Source: Bdellovibrionales bacterium
GTDB lineage: Bacteria; Bdellovibrionota; Bdellovibrionia; Bdellovibrionales; UBA1609
NCBI GenBank assembly: GCA_041690295.1
Contig: JAWLHR010000002.1
Coordinates: forward strand, 64,001 to 128,000
Length of the DNA stretch: 64,000 nucleotides
Reading direction: 5' to 3'
Part shown: positions 51,199-59,769 of the stretch, piece by piece
How positions within the stretch are numbered: the first letter of the stretch is position 1
Layout of the letters: every line of letters begins with the position of its first letter
The notes under the pieces: model-generated
Told to the model about the DNA's origin: nothing
Seen by the model: only the letters and a program-made list of their open reading frames with translations
Database searches by the model: none
Translations under genes and position numbers: made by a program

Positions 51199-52286
51199 TC
51201 CACCTATTGATCCTGTTCGTCGCCTCGGCGTCATGGGCCTATCTCGAAAACGTCGTTCATGGATACCAGAATTGTCGAGCCTGTCACATATCTCCTAACG
51301 GTGGCGACCTTCTCACCGATTACGGCCGCTCCTTGTCGCGGGAACTTATGAGCACTTGGGGTTGGCGAAACTCGGAACAGGCCCTTTTCGGTGCGCTTCC
51401 GGAAAATGAAAAATTTCGCGCCGGTGGTGATTTCCGCGCGATTCAGACCGCGATCGAGAATCGTCGGATGAGACGCGGTGAGTTCTTCCTCATGCAACAG
51501 AATCTGGAATTGGCTTATCGGCTAGGCAACACATGGCTGGTTTCCACCTTCGGCACTCAAGAGGGGCCGGGCACCGCTCAAGATAAAGGCCGATTCCTTT
51601 CGGAGCGGCACTACGCTTTGATTGAACCTTCGGAACTCACGACCATGAGAGTCGGGAAGTATCGCATCCAATATGGATTGAATGATTCCAATCACACGCG
51701 ATTCATCAAGTCCGAATTGGGTTTCGGTTCACTCAGTGAGACATACAATCTCGAGGTTGGCTTTTCAGGCGAAAAACACGAGTTGTTCCTGACTTCAGGT
51801 TTGGGGCGGTTGGATGAACCGCGGACGGAATCCGAGCGGAGCATAAGCGCGTTTTACGGGTACTCTCTCGGTGGCCAATCGAAAGTCGGGGCCAATGCCT
51901 TATTGGGCGAGGGAACGTCCCAAAGGCGTTTTCTCGGCGGGATCTGGGCGATTCTTGCTCCTTGGCCGAAAACATTATTAATTACGGAACTGGACTTCGA
52001 GCGTGCGCACCGGGCCGCGAATTCAAAAAAGGCGACCGAACGTGCCGCGGGTCTGGTTAAAATCGCTCAATCTGTTCACCGCGGAATTTCCACGTACCTA
52101 GTTTACGAACACTTGCAAGCAGATCTGAAGGATCCTAAGACGGTCGTGACTTCACCGGGAATCGGGGTGCAATGGCTGCCGTTCCCACATTTTGAAGTCC
52201 AAGCGGAAATCCAGAATCGAGTCCATGCGGCACGACCTGATCAAGGCACTGAAATCGGGTGGATTTTGCTTCATTTTTATATCTGA
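51195..52286 (+). CDS. Cytochrome-porin fusion (N-terminal CxxCH plus beta-barrel)
   Basis: Signal peptide, CRACH...LTDYGR, amphipathic strands, ends LHFYI. Confidence 0.7.
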   Translation: MIHLLILFVASASWAYLENVVHGYQNCRACHISPNGGDLLTDYGRSLSRELMSTWGWRNSEQALFGALPENEKFRAGGDFRAIQTAIENRRMRRGEFFLMQQNLELAYRLGNTWLVSTFGTQEGPGTAQDKGRFLSERHYALIEPSELTTMRVGKYRIQYGLNDSNHTRFIKSELGFGSLSETYNLEVGFSGEKHELFLTSGLGRLDEPRTESERSISAFYGYSLGGQSKVGANALLGEGTSQRRFLGGIWAILAPWPKTLLITELDFERAHRAANSKKATERAAGLVKIAQSVHRGISTYLVYEHLQADLKDPKTVVTSPGIGVQWLPFPHFEVQAEIQNRVHAARPDQGTEIGWILLHFYI

Positions 52287-52314
52287 TCAGCCCGAATTCG
52301 GCTCTAGCTTGGGG

Positions 52315-52439
52315 TCCGACTCATAAAATCGAATCGCGCGCTTCCGGTCCCGGCTCCGGGCAATTGAGATTGAAGTGAATGCCCCGGGATTCCCGGCGCT
52401 GAAGCGCGCAACGAACCGTCAATTGGGCCACCAAGGCGA
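52315..52439 (-). repeat. 125-bp perfect direct repeat of the nadB 3' end (distal copy)
   Basis: Identical to 54783-54907. Confidence 0.97.
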
Positions 52440-52545
52440 CAATCAATTGGCGCGTTTTCACGTCGCTGAAATCTACGTGGTGGTCGTAAAGGATAAGAAC
52501 AGACTTTTTGTCTTCATTCGCGGGACTATAACGGAATCCCATCAA
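52440..52545 (-). pseudogene. 5' gene fragment fused in frame to the duplicated nadB tail
   Basis: MMGFRYSP...RQLI runs into VALVAQLTVRCALQRRESRG. Confidence 0.55.
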
Positions 52546-52718
52546 CCTTGTCCATTTGCCAACTCACGATGACTCCTGTCAGGAAAAGTCAGGTTGTCAT
52601 AAGTTGCGTGAGGGGTTCTCGGGTATGGCGACCCAGCGGAGGATATTTTGTGCCGCTGAGCGAAGCAACAGTTAGAGAGAATAAGAATTTTCAAACTGAG
52701 TGAAAATTTAATATATTT

Positions 52719-53969
52719 TCAGTCCTTTGAAAGACACTCCACGAGCGCTTTTGCTGAATCAAGGTCCACATCTCTAGCGTCGATGGTGGTGTCGTCTAAT
52801 AAAATATCGAGTGGTGTCTTCTCAGTTCGTTCAACCACTCGATGCCAATCGGGTTTTTCATTCAGGTCGAGTGCTAAAGACGCAAGAGCCGAAAGAACAT
52901 AAGGGCTATCCTGGAATGCAGTTTGTCTAGCAACATCATTCATTAAATTCTGAATCGTTTCGGATCTAATTTTTTCATCTGGAGCCTCACATCCGAGCTT
53001 CATAAGCGCTTGAGTTCTCGCTTCAACAAAATCAGCCGTGCCCTCATCCTTATTGTCGCGAGCGCTCAAAATCATCGGAGCTTCCTTTCTGAACTTGATG
53101 TATGCACCTTTGGCCAACTTTAGGTGCTTTAAAGCTTCGTCTTTGTCGCGACCTTGTTTGTTTTCGATGTATTTAAGCAAGTGAAAAATGAGGCGCTCTG
53201 TGAGCGCATTCGCCAACGGCAGTTTAGTTTGTTTCTCGAAATTCAGTTTCTCGGAATGTACTTTTCTCTTTGGCCAGTCTCTCTGGTGCAGGTGGAAACT
53301 CTCGTGAACACAGAACCCTTCCAGATAGTGGTCCTTCAGTAAGGAGTTCAGTTCAATTTTCTGGAGCGGAATTGATTGAGGGGTTGCGAGAGATGAGCAT
53401 CGCGTGACTTTCTGATTATGGGAGCTGACCCATGATTGATTTCCTATTCTTGTTTTTCGAGCGAAGTCAGAAGCACTTTTGTTAAGAATAAGAAACTCTT
53501 TTCTCTGCTCTCGGGAGTAGAGGGTGGAATATCCTATAAGATCGGCCACCGAACGCTGAAACTCGATGTCGCGTAAGACCTTGGGGGCCGGGCGACATCC
53601 CTTATCCTTCTCCCACAAACAAACGGATGATGTTGTGACATCATAGAAATAGGTTGGAAGGGTTCCAAGTTTAGTGTTTTCTGTCTGCCAGATCCGCTCT
53701 GGGCAAGAAAGGCTGCGTTCAAAAATTGAAACCATATCGTCCGCTTGCTCAGACTCTTTGAAATGGTTCGCGAGAGCCACGAGGTCCTTAAATTCTGCGA
53801 AATGGCCGGACTTGCAACTAGGGGACCTTTCTTGGCCATGCGCAGATGGCATGATCATAAAAGCAATTGAGAAAATGACGAACGCACCTATGAATCTCGC
53901 TCTCTGAAAATGGGAGTGGTGTGGAAACCAAATATGAACTGTGGTCACGCGATGGTCACTCCTAGGCAC
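52719..53969 (-). CDS. Secreted putative zinc metallopeptidase (gluzincin-like); start uncertain
   Basis: Hydrophobic signal ending AHG; HESFH plus downstream DEGTADFVE. Confidence 0.65.
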   Translation of the reverse strand: MPRSDHRVTTVHIWFPHHSHFQRARFIGAFVIFSIAFMIMPSAHGQERSPSCKSGHFAEFKDLVALANHFKESEQADDMVSIFERSLSCPERIWQTENTKLGTLPTYFYDVTTSSVCLWEKDKGCRPAPKVLRDIEFQRSVADLIGYSTLYSREQRKEFLILNKSASDFARKTRIGNQSWVSSHNQKVTRCSSLATPQSIPLQKIELNSLLKDHYLEGFCVHESFHLHQRDWPKRKVHSEKLNFEKQTKLPLANALTERLIFHLLKYIENKQGRDKDEALKHLKLAKGAYIKFRKEAPMILSARDNKDEGTADFVEARTQALMKLGCEAPDEKIRSETIQNLMNDVARQTAFQDSPYVLSALASLALDLNEKPDWHRVVERTEKTPLDILLDDTTIDARDVDLDSAKALVECLSKD

Positions 53970-54228
53970 GATGAACTAGATTATACTCGCTCTAACATAT
54001 TTACATCAAGGCAGTAGACGATGATCTGAAGCGCCCAATAACCTATTTCACGACGTTAGTATGTTTGGTTCGCGCGTTTTAGGGCCTCGATACCAGAAAC
54101 CCTTAGTTATCACTCTCTATATCACCGGACGGATCCGGATTCGCGGGTTCACTTTGGGACAACTAAAAATGGCCCTTTGAAAGTTAAAATGAGGCGCAAG
54201 CGAGGCGGGCAAATCACCGAATCCGTGA

Positions 54229-54389
54229 AGCCAACTTGTAGCCAGAATGTAGCCAACTTCTGTGATTGCGCGTGATCAAGCGTGATGCGCTTCAACTGCG
54301 GGATCTCTAAGTGATTGAAACCTTCTGTCTATGATTTTCAGTTCTTACGATTCTTGTTCCCCAAACTTGGGAAATTAATGGCGGAGAGG
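54229..54389. other. att-like region: phased short repeats and an 11-bp match to a tRNA-Ser-type 3' end
   Basis: AGCCA at 54229/54240/54251; GTGAT at 54262/54272/54282; TGGCGGAGAGG at 54379-54389 (reverse complement CCTCTCCGCCA). Confidence 0.5.
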
Positions 54390-54479
54390 ATTTTAATTTT
54401 ACTAAAAAACCATTTTCCGCCTTTATATCAACTGGGTAACAAAAATCGCACACCTAATTATTAAAAATCACTTAAAAAC

Positions 54480-54782
54480 TTACGGGCGGGGAATGTTTAA
54501 GCAATAGATTCTTGAGTTGGTTATGATCGCAACTTTCTTTTGAGATTTTATTTCCTCGCCCTTGTTGTTGTAAGTTGTGTAGTTAGAAAGAACATCGCCA
54601 TTTTCTACTTTCGCGTTACAAAATCCATTATCGCGATCTGGAATTCCGTGTTCATCAGTTGGATAATTGCAGTAAATCGGAGCCTCAGCATTTGGCCCGA
54701 CCATCAAATCTAAATTGCCGTATTAATGAATAGGACTTATTGTATGCCAACTGGCAAAAAAGTATTTTCCGGCAAATTCATA
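54480..54782 (-). pseudogene. 5'-truncated gene fragment with an internal TAA
   Basis: Frame reads YEFAGKYFFASWHTISPIH*YGNLDLMVGPNAE...NIPRP from the insert edge. Confidence 0.5.
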
Positions 54783-54907
54783 TCCGACTCATAAAATCGA
54801 ATCGCGCGCTTCCGGTCCCGGCTCCGGGCAATTGAGATTGAAGTGAATGCCCCGGGATTCCCGGCGCTGAAGCGCGCAACGAACCGTCAATTGGGCCACC
54901 AAGGCGA
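54783..54907 (-). repeat. 125-bp direct repeat (copy forming the intact nadB 3' end)
   Basis: Identical to 52315-52439. Confidence 0.97.
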
Positions 54908-56354
54908 TGTTTCGAAGTTCCTCGATGTCGGTGTGAGTTTTGAACGAAGAGTAATATTCGCCGATCTCCTGTTGGATCATTTGCAACCGATTGGCGGCGC
55001 GCTGGAGCCGCCGGTCGGTGCGCACGATGCCGACGTAATTCCACATCAATCGGCGGATTTCGTCCCAAATGTGGTGAATAACAATCATCTCGTCGGGGTC
55101 ACTCAACGAGGAATTTCGCCACGGCGGCGGCTCACCGGGTAACTTGAAATCCGAGCGGGTGTTCAGGTAGGTTTCCGCGGCGAGGTGTGACACCGCCAGA
55201 CATTCCAACAAAGAATTCGAGGCCAATCGGTTCGCGCCGTGCAGGCCGGTGCACGCGGTTTCGCCCAAAGCGAAAAGTCCCGGCACGTCCGTGGCTCCGT
55301 TCACATCGGTCAAGACGCCGCCGCAAAGATAATGGGCGGCGGGAACAACAGGTATTGGTTTGGTGGCCATGTCGATTCCGAGATCCAAACATCGTTGATA
55401 AATCTGTGGAAATCTCTTTTTCAGGTAATCCCGGCCTTTGTGAGTGATGTCCAGGTAAACGCATTCGGATCCAGTGCGTTTCATTTCCGCGTCGATCGAA
55501 CGGGCGACAATATCCCGCGGCGCCAGCGAACCCTGTGGAGAATAGTCTTTCATGAAGGCGCGTCCGCGCGAGTCGACCAATTCTCCGCCTTCGCCGCGAA
55601 CGGCTTCTGAAATCAAAAAGTTCCGTTCGTTGGGGTGATATAAACATGTGGGATGGAACTGCATGAACTCCAAGTTGGCCACCCGGCAGCCGGCCCGGTA
55701 AGCCATGGCGATGCCGTCACCGGTGGCCCCGCTCCAGTTGGACGTGTAGAGATAAACTTTTCCCGCTCCACCGGTCGCGAGAAAAGTGGTGTTCGCCAGG
55801 ATGGTTCGTACGTCACCATCCGGCGTCAGAACGTAAGCGCCCACGCAACGGCCCGGGCCAACCGCGCGCGCGTCCAAGTGCCGGGTCAAAATCAATTCGA
55901 GAGCGTAGTGGCGCTCCAAAACGGTAATGTTTTTGTGGGCGAGGACGACTTTTAAAAGATGGGCGTGGATCGCCTCTCCGGTATGATCCGCGACATGTAC
56001 AATCCGTCGGGCGCTGTGGCCGCCTTCCCGCGTGAGTGAAACGCGATCGCCTTCGACATCGAAGTGCACTCCCCAGGATAAGAGATCTTCAATTCGCGCC
56101 GGACCTTGCTCGATGATTCGTCGAACCACCGACTCGTTACACAGTCCCGCTCCGGCATTCAGTGTATCTTGAATGTGACGATCAAAACTGTCGTCTTCGG
56201 ACATCACCGCGGCGATCCCGCCTTGCGCCAAGGCCGAGTTGGCGTGCTTTAGATCCGTCTTGGTGCAAATCACTACCTTGGCGTGATCCGCGACTTTCAA
56301 AGCCAGAACCAACCCAGCCAATCCTGAACCCAAAACGAGAACTTCTGTGTCCAT
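54789..56354 (-). CDS. nadB: L-aspartate oxidase
   Basis: GSGLAG, AQGGIAA, EGGHS, QFHPT, HGANRLASNSLLE and RESRGIH motifs. Confidence 0.96.
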   Translation of the reverse strand: MDTEVLVLGSGLAGLVLALKVADHAKVVICTKTDLKHANSALAQGGIAAVMSEDDSFDRHIQDTLNAGAGLCNESVVRRIIEQGPARIEDLLSWGVHFDVEGDRVSLTREGGHSARRIVHVADHTGEAIHAHLLKVVLAHKNITVLERHYALELILTRHLDARAVGPGRCVGAYVLTPDGDVRTILANTTFLATGGAGKVYLYTSNWSGATGDGIAMAYRAGCRVANLEFMQFHPTCLYHPNERNFLISEAVRGEGGELVDSRGRAFMKDYSPQGSLAPRDIVARSIDAEMKRTGSECVYLDITHKGRDYLKKRFPQIYQRCLDLGIDMATKPIPVVPAAHYLCGGVLTDVNGATDVPGLFALGETACTGLHGANRLASNSLLECLAVSHLAAETYLNTRSDFKLPGEPPPWRNSSLSDPDEMIVIHHIWDEIRRLMWNYVGIVRTDRRLQRAANRLQMIQQEIGEYYSSFKTHTDIEELRNIALVAQLTVRCALQRRESRGIHFNLNCPEPGPEARDSIL

Positions 56355-56491
56355 GGTAAGGGGAGTCCTACCATATGCGGCGCGCAGATAAATAGCCCTT
56401 TGTCTGAACCGCGGTTGAACTCTTGCAGTTGGACCCTATCAAGCCCTAGAATAAAGTCAGGGTACCCGCTTAAGGTCCAGGGAAGGAAACC

Positions 56492-58309
56492 ATGCGCAAT
56501 CAATCCTTACGTCTGTTTCTTTACTCTTCTACAGCCCTCGTGGTTTTGACTTTGGTCTGGGGATTCCGAACGATTCCCAAACAAGCGGAGTTGGCCCGCT
56601 CGGCGGTGAAGTCCAGCGTGGAGCAGGAAATTCTCAGTCTGACGAGCGCGGTGCAGGCGAGCACGCAGGCTTTGAAGTATCGGCTGCTGGATGTCCTCAA
56701 GGCCGAAGGCAATGATTATCCCTCCCGCACCTTCCGGCAATCACCCTTCGTGGCCGTGACGTTGTTGGAGTGGTCCGACACCCAGTGGAAGATGCTTTGG
56801 CATTCGAGCAAAACGAAAGCGCAGTTCCAAGCGCAGGATTTTAAAAACTGGATGCTCGAGTGGCCGCTGTCCAAGATCGAACCCGATCAGGTTCACTTCG
56901 TGAAAGTGGGTGACTGGCAAGGTCAGCCTTACTTCGCTATCCTCGCTCCGGTTCGCCGTCCTTCAAACATCCCCATGATCGGCGTGGGAGTTTTCCCGGC
57001 CAATCAATTCGGATTGACGATCACATCGGATCGAATTCGTGACGTTCATGTTTTTGATGACAAAGGTTACGCAATCGCTTTGCGAGATCCCGCCTATCTG
57101 GGTACAGCGCTCAAAGCGGAACCGGCTGTTGAAACCGCGTTGAGTTCCGGTGAGGTTTTCGTCCGTCATGAGTTCAGCGATGGTAAGGGACGCTCATTAC
57201 TGGCCATGGCGATGCGAATGCCGGGGAGCAACCTGACCGCATCGGTGCAGGCGAATCTTAATCCCACGACGCCGTTCAAATTGAAATCATGGTTATTTCT
57301 CATCTTTTCCGCGGCGGCCGCGTGCGCGCTCAATTGGTTGCTTTTTATTTTCCTCAGCCGTCCGGTGAAAATCGAAAACGAGCAATTGCAACGCACCATC
57401 GAGAATTTAAAACGGCAACTTCTGGAGCGTAAGCCAGAAGAACCCGTGATTCAGCCGACGCTGCCGCTGGATTTCGTCGAACCGGAATCTCAAGTGGGAT
57501 TGCCGGCGCCCGAGGCTCTGCGCCAGACTTCGCTGCAACAGGTGGTAACCGCGGCTTTGAAAAGCCTGGATTCGCGAATCAAGGATTCGAATATCCAGGT
57601 CGCTGAAAAAGGTTTACAGTCGGTCTTCATTCAAGGCGATATCCTTCAGCTGCAAACCGCGATCGAGGAAATTCTTAAGAACGCCATCGAGTCCATGCAA
57701 TTCAGTCCCGAGCGCTGGCTGACGATCACGGCCACGCAAGCGGATGGTGAAGTTCGGGTCATCATCGAAGATACGGGCGTGGGGATTTCCAACGAGAACA
57801 TCGAAAAAGTTTTTGATCCGTTCTTTTCGACCAAAGATTCCGAAGGTGTGGCGCGCGGTCTCGGACTGAATGTGGCCCGCAGAGTGATCGAGGAGATGAA
57901 CGGCCGGGTCAGCCTTGAGTCTCACCAGAGCGAGAAGTCCTCCGGCACGACGGTCACCATGGTTTGGCCGCAGGAGACGGCGGTGAGTGAGTCCGTTGAA
58001 GAGGTGTCCGTATCGGCGGCGCCTGCCGAACAAGAGCCCGCCAAACCCGGCGAGGCTCCTGTCAGGGGCGTTGATGAGATGATTCTTGAGTCGGACGACC
58101 AACAAAAGGATGAAATCACCGTCGATAACTCGGCCGAGGAGGCGAGACAGCTTCTGTTCGAAGAGACCATCGCGGCGTCAAAGCCCGTCGGAGCGCCCGA
58201 GCCGGTGATTTCCGATCTGGACTTGTTATCTGAAGAGTATGAAAACGAAAGCTTGAAACTGTGGCCGACGGTGCCCATTCGTAAACCCAAAGTGAGGTCG
58301 CTTGATTGA
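56492..58309 (+). CDS. Membrane sensor with HATPase_c domain but no recognisable H-box
   Basis: Two TMs; ILKNAIES, EDTGVG, FDPFFSTK, GLGL; acidic tail. Confidence 0.8.
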   Translation: MRNQSLRLFLYSSTALVVLTLVWGFRTIPKQAELARSAVKSSVEQEILSLTSAVQASTQALKYRLLDVLKAEGNDYPSRTFRQSPFVAVTLLEWSDTQWKMLWHSSKTKAQFQAQDFKNWMLEWPLSKIEPDQVHFVKVGDWQGQPYFAILAPVRRPSNIPMIGVGVFPANQFGLTITSDRIRDVHVFDDKGYAIALRDPAYLGTALKAEPAVETALSSGEVFVRHEFSDGKGRSLLAMAMRMPGSNLTASVQANLNPTTPFKLKSWLFLIFSAAAACALNWLLFIFLSRPVKIENEQLQRTIENLKRQLLERKPEEPVIQPTLPLDFVEPESQVGLPAPEALRQTSLQQVVTAALKSLDSRIKDSNIQVAEKGLQSVFIQGDILQLQTAIEEILKNAIESMQFSPERWLTITATQADGEVRVIIEDTGVGISNENIEKVFDPFFSTKDSEGVARGLGLNVARRVIEEMNGRVSLESHQSEKSSGTTVTMVWPQETAVSESVEEVSVSAAPAEQEPAKPGEAPVRGVDEMILESDDQQKDEITVDNSAEEARQLLFEETIAASKPVGAPEPVISDLDLLSEEYENESLKLWPTVPIRKPKVRSLD

Positions 58310-59769
58310 AGATTGAGGAGATTCGCCCGTCCTTCACGGTGTATTTGATCGCGAGCGATCTCGATCAGATGGACGGGATCGCCGAATCCCTCGGATTGGC
58401 CGGCTATATGGTGGCCAGTTTCAGCGAGGTCACCGCCGCGTTTTCCGAATTTCCTTCCAATCCGCCGCATATGCTGGTCTTCAGCGCCACCGAAGATAAA
58501 TTTGATCTGGCCAAGGTTTTCCGCCAGGTGGCGAACCAGCTTCCGGAAAGTCACGTTTTTCTCGCCACTCCCGTGGACAACCGTGAAAAAGCCGTGGCGT
58601 ATTTGGATCACGGTGTCTATGACCTGATTTATCTCCCGGTCAAATCAACCACCGAACTTTTAAAGCCCTTCGACCGTGCGGCCGAGCGGGATTACTTCAT
58701 GTATCTGAACGAGAGATTGGTCGAAGGCGAAAAGGACGCGATCGCCGCGCAGGTCGGCGGCGCTGTGAATTTGGCCACCATTCGTAAGCTCTTTGATCAG
58801 CGAAATCCGGACGACAGTCTCCAGCTTTATTTGCGGGTGGCCTCGGGGCTTTTGGGGAATTGCCCGGCGATTTACTTTAAATTCATCGCCAACCGCCGGG
58901 TGATCATGGCCACGCACGCGGAGGGCATCGAAGATAACAGCTGGCGCGGACTGGGTGTGGACTTCAATGCCAGTGGCGATAATTTTCGAACCGCCCATTT
59001 GCGCGAACCGGCCGCGGTTCCGGAAATCCAACAATTGGTCACCGATGTTTTTAACAAAGACGATTTTGTGGCCTATTGCCTGGAAGTTTTGGGCGAGATT
59101 CAAGGTGTGGCCGTTTTCCTCGGCCCTGAGCCGGACACCGCTCAATCGAAGGTTCTTGAGGACTGGTTGCAATTGGTCACTCGCGCGCTCAGTCAGCAGG
59201 AAGCCGAGCGCCGTCTCCATGTCATGACCGTAAAAGATCCGGCCACGGACCTTCTGAATCGGCAGAATTTTTTAACGAGAGTGAGCCAGGAAATCAGCCG
59301 CGCGCGGAGAACATCGACCGCCTTATCGCTGGCCTTGATGGCCGTCGATCAGTACGGTCAGATCGTCTCGCAAGTCGGACAGGAAGAAGCGCAAGTCATA
59401 TTGCGCATGATCGCGAGAATCATCGAGAAGCATTCGCGCATTAACGATCTCCTCGGCCGCACCGGTTCGGACGAATTCGGACTTTTGCTGCCGCACACGG
59501 GAAGCCGGGGCGCCTTGATCAAAGTGGAACGCCTGCGCAAGATCATCGAATCGGCGGACTTCAGCCGGGTGCTGAAGAGCTTTCCGCAAATCACGGTTTC
59601 CATTGGAGTGGCGGAATATCCCGGCATGGTGAGGGATGCCGACGAGCTGATTCAGCTGGCTGATGAGGCGCTTTTCCAAGTGCGGGAGCAGGGGAATAAG
59701 ACCTGCGTCGCCAAGCCGCCCGACGGATTCGTGGCGGATTTTCAGGTGCAAGACAAAGGGCTGGCGTAA
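58306..59769 (+). CDS. Receiver-like plus degenerate GGDEF (GSDEF) protein, CdgA-like
   Basis: DPATDLLNR, RIND I-site, RTGSDEF, ITVSIGVA, ADEAL. Confidence 0.85.
   Translation: MKIEEIRPSFTVYLIASDLDQMDGIAESLGLAGYMVASFSEVTAAFSEFPSNPPHMLVFSATEDKFDLAKVFRQVANQLPESHVFLATPVDNREKAVAYLDHGVYDLIYLPVKSTTELLKPFDRAAERDYFMYLNERLVEGEKDAIAAQVGGAVNLATIRKLFDQRNPDDSLQLYLRVASGLLGNCPAIYFKFIANRRVIMATHAEGIEDNSWRGLGVDFNASGDNFRTAHLREPAAVPEIQQLVTDVFNKDDFVAYCLEVLGEIQGVAVFLGPEPDTAQSKVLEDWLQLVTRALSQQEAERRLHVMTVKDPATDLLNRQNFLTRVSQEISRARRTSTALSLALMAVDQYGQIVSQVGQEEAQVILRMIARIIEKHSRINDLLGRTGSDEFGLLLPHTGSRGALIKVERLRKIIESADFSRVLKSFPQITVSIGVAEYPGMVRDADELIQLADEALFQVREQGNKTCVAKPPDGFVADFQVQDKGLA

Larger units (their letters stand above)
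52440..54782. mobile_element. AT-rich ~2.3-kb insert without integrase
   Basis: Bounded by the 125-bp repeats; visibly lower GC; gene fragments at both edges. Confidence 0.8.

Noticed and set aside
52321..52545. Independent 74-aa gene or second nadB
   Set aside because: It is a chimera of an insert-edge fragment and the duplicated nadB tail
54379..54389. tRNA-Ser gene
   Set aside because: Only 11 nt match; there is no T-arm (GGTTCGAA) or cloverleaf adjacent
52315..54907. Diversity-generating retroelement TR/VR pair
   Set aside because: The copies are identical with no adenine-specific mismatches, and there is no reverse transcriptase in the window
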